From NCBI GenBank assembly GCA_002269645.1, contig NIVC01000067.1:558001-622000 (forward strand): a DNA stretch of 64,000 nucleotides. The letters run 5' to 3'. Below are positions 1-25,699 of the stretch, in pieces. Positions within the stretch are counted from its first letter, which is position 1, and every line of letters begins with the position of its first letter. Origin of the DNA: Macrostomum lignano (taxonomy: Eukaryota). The notes beneath the pieces are model-generated. The model made no database searches and was not told the origin of the DNA. It saw only the letters and a program-made list of their open reading frames with translations. The position numbers were made by a program, and so were the translations under genes.

Positions 1-1465
1 AGCGCTTCTACCAGCGTCTTCCTAGCGACCTCCTCTGCTATCCCTTTCCCTCCAAGCACGCGATCGGTCTGACAAATATAGTATGCAAAAGGGCGCACAG
101 CTTCTACCAGACGAACGAAAAAAGTGGCTCAATAATGTTTTAAGGTAAAGACCCTAGAACGGGCTCCCCTCCCTGATTAAGCTAATAAGGAAGGCTAATT
201 AAGCTAATAGTCTACGAGCTATTGGTGAAAAACTCCGACGGGTAACCGTGGAACTCGAAGCGCATTGACTACGAGCATACAGGCTACAAGCTAATAACTC
301 TCTCTGGCATTGACTTGCCGTATGTGTTGTCTGCAGCAGCTGGCTCCTGCCGTGCGCTCACACTTTCTAATGGTGCACACGGTTGGTCTGCGTGTGCGTA
401 TTAACATTGCCCAATTTTATCGCCCCGTATCCATGCACACTATCCATGTTTACGCGCGTAAGGAACACAACAAGTCACGAAGCATGCAGCTGTCTTTTTG
501 CGCGCCTGTCGAGAGATCACCCGGAAAAGGGAAGAGGCAAGATGTAGGTTGTACGAGGTCGTAAAGAAAGTTTTTATTCGGGCCCGCCCGCAAGGCGAGG
601 ACTCCCTCCAGGCAGAGAGACCCAGCTGCGGGACAGCGGCGGAGCAAAAGTTGCATTTCCTTCTCCTAGAAGAAGTTTCCTTAAGTAATTAATGCGTTGG
701 GACAAGTGGGCCGGCTGTCCAACGCGAGATGCCTATCAGAGACGAGAGCTGCGGAGAGACTTGTCTTGTTGTTTCGCGGCTCTACGAATCGTCCGCAATC
801 AGTCATCCAAGAGGTTGCGAGTGACTGATCGAGAGTCTCCGGGGGCGGACGGGATGGGGACACATTCTGACCACTGCGTTCTGGACCTCAATGCCAGCAG
901 CTGAGACAGCAAGGATGAAGGAGTGAGTAGAGGCCGGATGCAGAGATGTTATTAGAGAGAGAAAGAGAAGAGTTGAAGACATAAGAGAAATCGAAAGATG
1001 AATGCAGCTGGAAGGGAGTCGAGGAGCTGATGGGGAAAGGAGTGGAGAAAATGGCAGAGAAAGGAAACAGAAAGGAGATTAGTGAAGAAAATGGAAGTGG
1101 AATGGTGACATCACTGACTGATCGCTCACTAATTAAGGCTGATTCACGCTGTCATCAAATCACACGACCGATTTATAAAGGAATGACGGTATGATCACAC
1201 GAACTTTGGCCTTACTTGATGGCGGTGTGGACGAGCTTTAACCAGTTATGAAATTCGCATGGATTTGTTTTACTCTCAGAGACTGACGCTGAGGCGCAGA
1301 GAGTCTGATAGGGTTCTGCTAGGGGACTCGATCTGCTGGCAGTCGAATAACCAGGCAAACATGCTGGGCAAAAGTTTGCCAGAGGTGGAGCTATAGATGG
1401 AGAGTGAATCAGGTTCGAACCACGCGGACCATCCTGCAGCGAGTGAGGAATCCTCATTTCTCTCC

Positions 1466-1645
<180 letters not shown>

Positions 1646-1857
1646 TTCATCATATTTGTCGACGCCAATTTCCAGCGCCAATGAAGTAGGCCTATGTTCG
1701 GCAATATTGCCGAAATGCGATATCTGCTGCTTGGCTGGGCGTGTCTGCGGGGTGGATGGTGGGGCGCCCCTGCACTTCTCAGCGCCTCATCTGGGCGCTA
1801 ATTGAGCCCGCAAATGAGGTGGAACTGGTTGGCCCCGGCACTGTTGGAGCTGGGGGT

Positions 1858-2400
1858 TGAGACCAGGGACACCTAAATAACTAAAACTGGACTGGAGCTG
1901 GTTGAGACCCAGGGACACCTAAATAACTAAAACGGGACTGGAGCTGGTGATTGAGACCAGGGACACCTAAATAACTAAACTAGACTGGAGGTTAAGACAA
2001 GGGACACCTAAATAACTAAACTGGACTGGAGCTGTTTGAGACACAGGGACACCTACATGTAAATAACTAAACTGGACTGAAGCTGGTGGTTGAGACCAGG
2101 GACACCTAAATAACTAAAAATGGACTGGAGCTGCTGGTTGAGACCAGGGACACCTAAATACTAAAAATGGACTGGAGCTGGTGGTTGAGACCAGGGACAC
2201 CTAAATAACTTAATTGGACTGGAGCTGGTTGAGACCAGGGACACCTACATGCAAATAACTTATTGGACTGGAGCTGGTTGAGACCAGGGACACCTAAATA
2301 ACTAAACTGGAGCTGGTGGTTGAGACCAGGGACACCTAAATAACTTAATTGGACTGGAGCTGGTTGAGACCACTGACACCTAAATATACATGTAGCTAAA
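1858..2400. repeat. Tandem repeat, ~50-60 bp unit
   Basis: About 10 variant copies of gagaccagggacacctaaataactaaa(a)ctggactggagctggtt. Confidence 0.9.
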
Positions 2401-3149
2401 CTGTACTGAATAAAAGACATCTCTAGCAGCTCGCTAAAATGCAAATGATTTGTGGTGGCCCCCTAAAAGTTTTGTCTCCTGGATCCGCCTCTGATCGAGA
2501 AGGCAACGTTGGCCATCGTACTGGATTTGAAATGGAGACTTTATTTTATTGCCGAACAAGACGCCTGCTGCATCAACTTTGAATGTGCCTCAGGGAATTG
2601 AATAAAGCACTGTTGGCGGTCACTGAGACCGTTCTGAGTTTAAATTCAACCAAACTTCACCCAAGTTCTCAATCCCAGTTGCTATCCAAAGGTCTCGGGA
2701 TTTCCGCACTCACTGCTTTTCAATTGAATTTTGGTTACGAAATTCTGAAGTTTACAGCTGGAAATTCGATTAAAAACTCACGTGCTCAACTTTTTGTCGC
2801 GACCTGTCACGCAGCTCGGGCTGAACGGCTGGCAGCCGAAGTTTTGGGGACCGGGAGGCTGGAGGGCTCCACTCGCGTGCAACCTCATCAGAGCGGTGGG
2901 AAGGGGAAAAAAGCCTGATTATTTATATATTCTGCAGTCAGCAAAATGGTGGGTGCGTGTGTGTGTGCGTGTGTGCTCCTTCGATGACAAACAGCAGAGC
3001 CTTCAATCAGAAGCGTGATAGCCGACTCATGTCTGCTGCAGCTCAGAGAAGCGAGTGTGAGAGTGTGAGAGAAAGATAGGAGAGGTTACGGCGACTGGTT
3101 GAATTGGCAACAGGATTCAAGCTTTTAGGCTCTTCCTCAGGCTAAAAGA

Positions 3150-4085
3150 GAATGAGAAAGAGAGAGAGAGTTTGTGTGTGTATATGAGAGAGAAGTGAGA
3201 GAGAGTGAGAGAGAGGAGGGGAGAAAGAGGGAGGGAGAGAAAGGGGGAGAGTGAGTGTGTGAGAGAGGTAGGGAGAGAGAGTGTGAGAGAGAAAGATAGA
3301 GGGAGGGAGAGGAAGAGAGGGAGGGTGAGAGGGAGGGTGAGTGAGAGAGAGAGGGGAGGAAGAGAGAGACGGGGGAGGGAGAGAGGGAGTGAGTGAGAGA
3401 GAGAGTGTGAGAGAGAGAGGGGGAGAGAGAGGGAGGGAGAGTGAGAGAGGGAGGGAGAGAGAGGGGGGAGAGAGAAAGGGGAGAGAGTGTGTGAGAGAGG
3501 TAAGGAGAGAGAGTGTGAGAGAGAAAAAGAGAGGGAGGGAGAGGGAGAAAGGGAGAGAGGGATACAGGGAGAGAGGGAGAGAGGGATACAGGGAGAGAGG
3601 GAAAGAGGGATACAGGGAGAGAGGGAGAGAGGGATACAGGGAGAGAGGGAGAGAGGGATACAGGGAGAGAGGTAGAGAGGGAGAGAGGGAGAGAGGGAGA
3701 GAGGGATATAAGGAGAGAGGGAGAGAGGGAGAGAGGGAGAGAGGGAGAGAGGGAGAGAGGGAGAGAGGGAGAGAGGGAGAGAGGGAGAGAGGGAGAGAGG
3801 GAGAGAGGAAGAGAGGGAGAGAGGGAGAGAGGGATACAGGGAGAGAGGGAGAGAGGGATATAGGGAGAGAGGGGGAGAGAGAGAGGGAAAGAGGGATACA
3901 GGGAGAGAGGGAAAGAGCGATACAGGGAGAGAGGGAGAGAGGGATACAGGGAGAGAGGGAGAGAGGGATACAGGGAGAGAGGGAGAGAGGGATACAGGGA
4001 GAGAGGGAGAGAGGGATAAAGGGAGAGAAGGAGAGAGGGATATAGGGATATAGGGAGAGAGGGATACAGGGATACAGGGAGAGAG
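3150..4085. repeat. GA-rich low-complexity tract grading into a ~24-bp minisatellite
   Basis: Purine-only tract, later units gggagagagggagagagggataca. Confidence 0.9.
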
Positions 4086-5034
4086 TGGGTCACTCTGCAG
4101 CCTGCTCTCGGGGATCGCTGGGAGGCGGCAGAGGCAGTACTACTGAGCTCGGCGGCGCTGCTCCCCAGTCACTACCGAGTTACCAAGGAGGACGGGGAGG
4201 CGGAGGGGAGAAGCGGAGACGGGTCAGCGGGGCTGGGCAAGGGGCAGCGTCGGGGCGCAGGGGGGTCGGTGGTTTTAATCACGCCTAGCCGGCTCCCCTG
4301 AGTGATTGATCCCCGCTGCTCCACTCTGCTTTAATTGCCCAGACGCCGGGCCGCGGACTCATCCATGGCGGCAGTGAGGGAGGCGGCGCGGACCCAAGAG
4401 CTGGCCGAATATGCAGCATGCACTTCCACCCGGGTCCTGGGCAAGGGGCATGCCCGGGGTACGAGTATAGCTTCTTTGGAATTTGCTTCTTACTTCCTCT
4501 CTCTCCTCCCCTCCCAGCCGCATGCTCCTCTCCTCCTTCACTAGTCTAAATCCCAGAACTTCTCATCCTTCAACTCCTGCTCAATTTCCTTCCAGTTTTG
4601 CTCCCCAGACCCCGCTGCTTTTATCTCGGCTGGGAAAGCGAAAGCTCAGCTGTTGAGGATAACATAAAAGGCGGTATGGGTTTGGAAGCCGGAGACGGCA
4701 GACAAGCGAGGCATTTCCCAACAGCTTCCGGGCATTCAGACTGGCGGGGGCATTTCTTTTATTTCCTCCTCCGCCTCATCCGTGCGGAACTCCCGCAGCT
4801 GGCCTTGGCTCTGCCGATCCGCCCCGCAATTACAGGCTGCCTGGGAAATTGCGGTCTTGGAGGGATCGATTTTAATTCTGCTTTGTTGGTGGGAGAGTTG
4901 AGAGTTCCACGAAGGAGGCTGGCGATCAGATAGTGGCATAGCTTTTAACTGATGGTATGCTTTACTATGCTGATAGTGTGCTGTCAGTAACACGACAGAA
5001 CTGCCAATTAACTGCCAATTAATTAGCTGGATGC

Positions 5035-6250
5035 CAGTAGATGACAGAAATGGCAGTTAGATGCCAGCAGATGACAGAAATGGCAGTTAGATGCCAGCAG
5101 ATGACAGAAATGGCAGTTAGATGCCAGCAGATGACAGAAATGGCAGTTAGATGCCTGTAGATGACAGAAATGGCAGTTAGATGCCAGCAGATGACAGAAA
5201 TGGCAGTTAGATGCCTGTAGATGACAGAAATGGCGGTTAGATGCCAGTAGATGACAGAAATGGCAGTTAGATGCCAGTAGATGACATAAATGGCAGTTAG
5301 ATGCCAGCAGATGACAGAAATGGCGGTTAGATGCCAGCAGATGACAGAAATGGCAGTTAGATGCCAGCAGATGACAGAAATGGCAGTTAGATGCCAGTAG
5401 ATGACAGAAATGGCGGTTAGATGCCAGTAGATGACAGAAATGGCAGTTAGATGCCAGTAGATGACAGAAATGGCAGTTAGATGCCAGTAGATGACAGAAA
5501 TGGCGGTTAGATGCCAGTAGATGACAGAAATGGCAGTTAGATGCCAGTAGATGACAGAAATGGCAGTTAGATGCCAGTAGATGACAGAAATGGCGGTTAG
5601 ATGCCAGTAGATGACAGAAATGGCAGTTAGATGCCAGTAGATGACAGAAATGGCGGTTAGATGCCAGTAGATGACAGAAATGGCAGTTAGATGCCAGTAG
5701 ATGACAGAAATGGCAGTTAAATGCCAGCAGATGACAGAAATGGCAGTTAGATGCCAGCAGATGACAGAAATGGCGGTTAGATGCCAGTAGATGACAGAAA
5801 TGGCAGTTAGATGCCAGTAGATGACAGAAATGGCGGTTAGATGCCAGTAGATGACAGAAATGGCAGTTAGATGCCAGCAGATGACAGAAATGGCAGTTAG
5901 ATGCCAGTAGATGACAGAAATGGCAGTTAGATGCCAGTAGATGACATAAATGGCAGTTAGATGCCAGCAGATGACAGAAATGGCAGTTAGATGCCAGCAG
6001 ATGACAGAAGTGGCAGTTAGATGCCAGTAGATGACAGAGGTGGCAGATAGATGCCAGTAGATGACAGAAATGGCAGTTAGATGCCAGTAGATGACAGAAG
6101 TGGCAGATAGATGCCAGTAGATGATAGAAATGGCAGTTAGATGCCTGTAGATGACAGAAATGGCAGTTAGATGCCAGCAGATGACAGAAATGGCAGTTAT
6201 AGATGCCAGCAGACGACAGAAATGGCAGTTAGATGCCTGTAGATGACAGA
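5035..6250. repeat. 30-bp minisatellite
   Basis: ~40 copies of atgacagaaatggcagttagatgccagtag; source of spurious ORF 5019-6254. Confidence 0.95.
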
Positions 6251-6572
6251 ACACTCAATTTTAAAGCTGGCCAATGCATATTTTCGAACAAAACTATTTA
6301 TAGCTTGCGGAATACAGCGGTCCTGCGAGCTGAAATAGCTCAATAATTCGACACCAGGCAGGCTATTGATAAGAAAATTCTTTCCCCGCCGAAACGCCTC
6401 GTGTCGAGTTCTCACGCGCAAGCAAGACGCTCTGATCGACTCGCATTTCAGAGACTCCTGGTAAACCATATATGCAGTGATTTGCTATGAGCTGAGACAA
6501 GCATTCAATACTTCTGAAACAGAAAGCGTTTAACTTTTCTCCTGCATATTAGACTGACGACAGACAGCAGCT

Positions 6573-14608
<8,036 letters not shown>

Positions 14609-14649
14609 TGCCGGTGACCAGACTAATACTAATGAGGTACTGAAGGACT

Positions 14650-14906
14650 TGGGTGGGGGTAGCAGCCCAGTGAGGGACTGGGGTGGGGTAGCAGCCCAGT
14701 GAGGGACTGGGAGGGGGTAGCAGCCCAGTGAGGGACTGGGGTGGGGGTAGCAGCCCAGTGAGGGACTGGGGTGGGGGTAGCAGCCCAGTGAGGGACTGGG
14801 GTGGGGGTAGCAGCCCAGTGAGGGACTGGGGTGGGGGTAGCAGCCGAGTGAGGGACTGGGGTGGGGGTAGCAGCCGAGTGAGGGACTGGGGTGGGGGTAG
14901 CAGCCG
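14650..14906. repeat. 30-bp G-rich minisatellite just 3' of astacin stop
   Basis: gtgagggactggggtgggggtagcagccca x ~8. Confidence 0.92.
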
Positions 14907-15497
14907 ATGTGTTGCATTAAAAAAATCAAGATAATAAACTGCATGCAAAAAGTTCAAATTCAATTTAAAAAAAGCAATTGTAATTATTTGAAGCTGATTT
15001 GCTACTGACCGCATAGTAGACTGCTATGTTTATTTTTGTTAAAAAACAATAGAAAAATATTTTACCATGTTAATTAAGATCAAGACTTGGTAAGGAACAA
15101 ATTTTAGGGCAAAAAGATGATTAATGAATTATTAATTTGACAAAAAAATTGTATTAGAACAAATGCTGAAATTAAATTAGCCTATCCAGCAATATCCAAC
15201 TGTTGGTAAGCAAAAAGGCATAAAATTACAATCGTAAACCAAAGAAAAATGCTTATCTCATTTCATTTTGAAAATGCGGCACAGCTAAAAAATAATATAA
15301 ACATTAGGGTTGCATAAAATATACTACTAAGAAACTACCGCATCAGCAGTTCCTACTTCTGCCATAATTAAATATACAATGGATTCGTTGCAATGCCTTG
15401 AGTTCAATTTGTATTAAAAATCAATTACACACAAATAAATGTATAGAAAATAGTATTTATTTAAAGTATAGTTGTTGGTTGTTTGAGATAGTGACCC

Positions 15498-16390
15498 TCG
15501 ACTGTGGGATAGGGACTCACAGGTTTGGGATAGGGACTCACAGATTTGGGATAGGGACTCACAGGTTTGGGATAGGGACTCACAGATTTGGGATAGGAAC
15601 TCAGATTTGGGATAGGAACTCAGATTTGGGATAGGAACTCAGATTTGGGATAGGAACTCAGATTTGGGATAGGAACTCAGATTTGGGATAGGGACTCAGA
15701 TTTGGGATAGGGACTCAAAGATTTGGGATAGAGACTCAAAGATTTGGGATAGGAACTCAGATTTGGGATAGGAACTCAGATTTGGGATAGGGACTCAGAT
15801 TTGGGATAGGGACTCACAGATTTGGGATAGGGACTCACAGATTTGGGATAGGGACTCACAGATTTGGGATAGGGACTCAGATTTGGGATAGGAACTCAGA
15901 TTTGGGATAGGAACTCAGATTTGGGATAGGAACTCAGATTTGGGATAGGAACTCAGATTTGGGATAGGAACTCAGATTTGGGATAGGGACTCAGATTTGG
16001 GATAGGGACTCAAAGATTTGGGATAGAGACTCAAAGATTTGGGATAGGAACTCAGATTTGGGATAGGAACTCAGATTTGGGATAGGGACTCAGATTTGGG
16101 ATAGAGACTCAGATTTGGGATAGGGACTCAGATTTGGGATAGAGACTCACAGATTTGGGATAGGGACTCTTAGATTTGGGATAGGGACTCTTAGATTTGG
16201 GATAGGGACTCTTAGATTTGGGATAGGGACTCAGATTTGGGATAGAGACTCAGATTTGGGATAGGGACTCAGATTTGGGATAGGAACTCAGATTTGGGAT
16301 AGGGACTCAGATTTTGGATAGAGACTCACAGATTTGGGATAGGGACTCTTAGATTTGGGATAGGGACTCTTAGATTTGGGATAGGAACTC
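15498..16390. repeat. 19-21-bp minisatellite
   Basis: gatttgggatagg(g/a)actca(ca) units. Confidence 0.93.
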
Positions 16391-16463
16391 TTTATTACGT
16401 CTCACAATATTGCTGCTCGGAATAGAACCTCATAAAGTCATGCAATCAGCTCCCAGAGCCTCA

Positions 16464-20876
<4,413 letters not shown>

Positions 20877-20980
20877 GCCTGCTGCAACCGAAAGGATTGG
20901 CATAAATCCCACCTAGTAGTGCTCTAGTGCTTAGGTATGAGCACAGATAATATAATGAATGAACGCAAGACGGACAAAAA

Positions 20981-21120
20981 TTAGGCTAGGGGGGCAGGCC
21001 CAATTTAGCTCAGCCAAAGAGAGAGCAGTATGGAAAGAGATCAAAAACCGACAGACGAAATTTAGGCTAGGGGGCAGGCCCAATTTAGCTCAGCCAATGA
21101 GAGAGCAGTAAGGAAAGATA
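20981..21120. repeat. ~81-bp spaced direct duplication upstream of PRIM2
   Basis: ttaggctagggggcaggcccaatttagctcagccaa...gagagagcagta.ggaaaga at 20981 and 21062. Confidence 0.85.
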
Positions 21121-21129
21121 TCAAAGTCA

Positions 21130-23790
21130 AACACAAGCAGACAAGAGTAAAACATAACTTTACTGACCTAACTAGGGGTCTTAAATAGGATCGAGATGCT
21201 AATTTGATGGGTTTGCTTCTGTGGAAAGCCAACAGCCATTGTTGTAGCATCAAAAACGTCTAACTATATGAGAAGAATCTATAAAAACAAATAAAAATAA
21301 AAGCAAAACATCTTTGAAGAGTTTGTTGGCTTTTATATAGGATCCAATGCCTTTGTCAATGGAATATTTCATCTTTTGTTAGATATACTCCTAAGGCTAA
21401 CACTGGATAGCAGTTATATTTTAAGGACAAGACTATGAATAGTGTTTATTCTACAATGGCCAGCTTAGGCCAAAGGAATCCTAGAAATTGAACCCAAGAC
21501 CACTTTTGTCCAATGTATGATGGGTTTATGAATCCTTCAAGAAATGATTTTTTAAGTAAATTATCGCACTATAGCTTTATTCATAAGTCTATTATATCAT
21601 AGGTATAGGCCTACCCATAGAATATACACAGAATATAGAATAAGTGTTGCTATATTTATTTGTCAAATAAACTGTAGGTCTATGAGATTTTCCACAAGCA
21701 GGTTTCTTACAAACAGGTTCTTTTACCAGTTTTTTTGCTACCAAAGCTTTGTTTTCAATATTTTACAGTTTGCACATCAAGGTCAAGGATTAAAAAACAT
21801 AGGCCTATTAGGTCCTAGGCTATATAGTGTAAAATCTATTTGAAAATCTATAGTAGCTGATACCTAGGACTCTAGGGCCTTAGTAAGGTATCAAATCCAA
21901 ATATATAATGGCTTAACTTATCTCATGCTCATATTATATTTTGGGCCTAACCCTAGCTAGTATATTTATAGTATCAGATTAATGTATATGATATTACCAA
22001 ATATACACTAGAAGTAAAATAGGATCTGAATCCTGATCCCATATTCTTGGGATCCTAACCTTAAAAATGAAAATTGGAAATAGGTCTTTTGATTCAAAAT
22101 TTATAGAATTAGTGATTACTTTAATGCATTCTGTTTTAACTTACATTCATTATATTAATCTTCATTGGTTACAAAACTTTATATCTATTCTATCATGTTT
22201 TATCTTTTGATCTGATCTTAATAGTATTTGTTCAACTCTGTTCAATTCTATATGGACCTTTGAACTATAGTGGCTATATGATGTTTTGGCAAATTAATGT
22301 TTCAATGAATTACAAAAGTAATATTTTGGCAAAGTATTAAAACATTTTGGCAAATTCAAAAAATGGTATACTATATACATATAGAAGAATGACCTCTTGA
22401 CTACAATATTTTTATTATCTTTCCCCTGGAATTGAAGACCCATAGCAGATGATGGAATAAACAATACAGATTCAAACAAATATATTGCTTTAAGTTTTCT
22501 GGCTTTAAGTGTGTAAATTAAAATATTGACAAATTGCCAACCCGATGGCTACAAGCATAGTCAGGAAAATGGCCTTTTCATGGAAAATTCTGGTGCAAAA
22601 GGGGGTTGGACATGCATCACCTAGGCCTATGCTGGCGCATTCTGGCACAATAGTAGGCAAGGGGAAAAAATCCAGTGCAATATTACACTACACAAGACAA
22701 AAAATTGGCGCAATTTATTGCAAGCCAAAAACTTTCAGCAAGACAATATTTTTGCAGACAGAAAATTAGAATGTAATTTATTTTTATAGGGCCTAATATG
22801 GGGCATATCACTTTTTTGTTTGCTGGTAGGGGCCTATATTGATGATTTTTTAATTAATATATATTAACATTGTATTTTCTATTAAACAGATTCAAATACA
22901 AGTTTTAGTAGAATTTTTTCAATGGAAAATATAGGTTTTTGCATTTTTTGTATTTTTTTAAAAGTTCCAGCATAGTAGGCCTAGAAACAACTTTTTGCTA
23001 GGAATAGTTCTGACACATGGTACAAGCAAACTTCTTTGATTAGATTTGTTTTGATGCAGGAGTGCCATGCTCCTGACTGCAGGCTGCAGTACTGGTATGT
23101 TGCAATCTATTTTGAAATATCCTACCTCGAAAGTAGCAAAAAAGAATTAAAATAACAAATAGAAAATAGCCTAGCTTTATCTTACAAATAAAAAAGTTAT
23201 GTTAAAAGTAACAAAGCTAAGCCTGTAAAATAAACAAAAAAGCTGATATTGATTCCTAATCCTGATCCCAAACCTGAAAAAAATATTTCCAATCCTAATT
23301 GATGACTTCAATCCTATCTAACCCCTTAGTCTAATATCAATTAATATGTATTAAGATATATTGACATGTCATATCATAGCCCATGCCATAGGCAGGTACC
23401 ATGCCCCCCTTAGCCCTTAATTCTTAAATGTAGAATTTTAGATATGGCCATTGTCTCTAAATTATTTATTAGTTTATTAAAAATAGGCCTTGTTTAAAAC
23501 CAAATAAATAATTAAACAAGCAAGGCCTGCCTAGGCCTATCCTAGCATTTTTCTTTTTAGATTTCATTTAAAAGTTTTATAATAATTAATAGGCCTAGGC
23601 AAATTAATAAAAGTAGGTCCAGACATAGAGATACACACTTTATTAGGCAAAATAATACTAGCCTATAAAAATATATGGATCCCAGAATTATAGTCAAACT
23701 CAAAGGATCAAAATCAAATCAATTGAAACAATGTCATATGGAATAAAATAAGGATAAAAACAAAGAATTATGAATGCATGATTAGGCTAT
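21130..23790. other. AT-rich, CpG-depleted, TpA-rich domain 1
   Basis: About 7 CG dinucleotides by eye in ~2.7 kb; CpG-rich sequence resumes abruptly at ~23800. Confidence 0.85.
21440..21880 (+). pseudogene. Decayed paralog of the CCCH zinc-finger gene 3' exon and its 3' flank
   Basis: 21570-21880 aligns by eye to 34349-34615 (e.g. tatagctttattcataag vs tgcagttttattcacaag; gtaaaatctattt.aaaat.t.tagtagctg). Upstream remnants resemble the TZF linker and ZF2, with stops and frameshifts. Confidence 0.65.
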
Positions 23791-24916
23791 GTAACTTATC
23801 TATCGTCTATTCGTCTTCGACCTACACCCTGCCTAAGGTTTACTCTACTTACAGTGTAGTACAGCAGCGGGCGCGCTTTCAAACACAATTTCTAGCCGCA
23901 CGTGCGTGTTTTAATAATTTTTTAAACTCGTGGACCTACGATTAAAACGTAATTACGATAACGATTTATTGAGGTCAATGAAAAGAAAACCATCTAAATT
24001 CCTTGATTAGCTAGCTCCGTCAGTTTTCAAAATGCCCCTGGTTTACTTTGGTATTTGTTATAAAAAAAGCAAAAAACTATTTATTACTGGTAGGGCCATT
24101 AAATTGTACAAAAAAGCCTATCAAGGTCTGTCATCGTTCTCTACGCATTGTTTAACCATAGGAGGTTGTATGAACAGAAGCCCGAAATAAATGATGTAGT
24201 TCAGGCCGATAAGAAGTGCTCGGCAGCAATGAGAAGTGTATGTTTGTAACAGCAGTGATATAAAAGCAGGGTGGCTGTATTAGAGCCTTGGGTGATATAT
24301 TTAGACCGAAATGTGCACGAAAGTTTGCGCGAAGAACTTCAAATACATTGCCATGCTATATGTGTACATATCTGTCATTCGGGGACGGAGAGAGTTTATA
24401 AATTACCAAAATATCTGGAGCAATATCAGTAAACTATATAACCATAAATTATAACAATGAATACGAATACACGCATATGTACATGCAAAGAATGCGCATG
24501 TTTCCCGGAATTACGCATATTATATGCAGCTGTATTCGATCCACTGGCGGATCCAGGCCGGGGCAAGAGGGGTTGGCTTACCCTGTTGAGAGAGAAAATT
24601 AGGGAGGTCATGACTTACCGGTAAACCGAAAAATACTTTTTTACCCATTTAGTATAGTATTCCTTTAAATTTAAAGTATCTCACGCTCGATTGGAGATTG
24701 CTCTTGAACTCGGATCTAAAGAGGCTACCAAGGGTTGTCGGCTGCCAGATAAGGCATGCCCAAGGGGGAGTACGTCCACTAATCAAACAAACAAAAAATT
24801 GCTCGCTGCAAAACTGCACCTCTCTGAAAACTGAAAAGGAAATAAAAAGATCATGCAACAGCGAGTCGAGGCTTAACCATATGCACTTTATTGCAATGAC
24901 ACCAAGAGATCGCGTC

Positions 24917-24959
24917 CAAGGACTTCTAGACTAACTCTAGTCTAGTCTAGAAGTCCTTG
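24917..24959. mobile_element. hAT-like micro-MITE (43 bp)
   Basis: Perfect 17-bp inverted repeat caaggacttctagacta/tagtctagaagtccttg flanked by 8-bp direct repeat atcgcgtc (24909-24916 / 24960-24967). Confidence 0.7.
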
Positions 24960-25699
24960 ATCGCGTCCTGGAGTCCAACCCAACCGTAGCCAGGATTTTT
25001 ATTGGGAGTGTTTTTTAGAGGGGAGCAACATCGTGAGACGCCATCAATTAACGTCTACTATGTACACTGTACATGTGTTTCCTCGTTTATTTGCAGCCAG
25101 ACAATAAGATCTTTAAGGCGCCATTAACTGCTAGCTGTTTGAGGCTCACCTATACTTTCAGCTGATCGAGGGTCAGGATGACAACCGCGCTTGCCTCTTG
25201 GCCGCCGCAGCGTGGCGTGGGAGGTCTGGCAGTTCAGCGGATTGAGTCTTCAGCAGGTGGGCTGTCCTACCTTCCCGGCTGCATGATATCATCAGTCACC
25301 CTGTCCTGGGCAGGGATTTCACTCAGGGCCCTCTTCCGCCGCCGCCCCAGATTGGGGAGACTTCCGCGAGCCGTTAGAGCCTTTGGCACCAGCCGTTAGG
25401 CTTCGCCCTCCTTGGCCCGCTTCGCCTTGTTAAGTCGGCGTGGGCAGCTCCAGGTGGTGGTGGTGCTCAGCTGCCTTGGTAGCTGGAGTGGCAGGTGTCT
25501 TCTCATCGACGCCGCTGAGAGATTGCTCCACGGGTCCCGCCGGCCGGGGCGTCCCCGATGGTAGCAGCTAGATGGTGCCCCGGCCAAGGCCGGCGGCACT
25601 GTGTCATCCTCAGCCAACAATTTACTTCGGCTAGAAGCCATTGACTAAGGAAGTAAAAAAGTTAAGGAAGTAAAAAAAACTCACCTTAGTCGAGATTAG

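Noticed and set aside
692-904. SDHCVL resembling the LINE endonuclease SDH motif
   Set aside because: No other APE motifs nearby; likely chance.
2445-2495. Isolated cctggatccgcctctg / ggcggatccagg MITE-like ends (also ~24545 and ~24985)
   Set aside because: Partner termini and TSDs were not found, so elements could not be delimited.
6197-6469. Minus-strand ORF MVYQESLKC... head-to-head with astacin
   Set aside because: Could be a first exon, but no recognisable homology or supported downstream exon.
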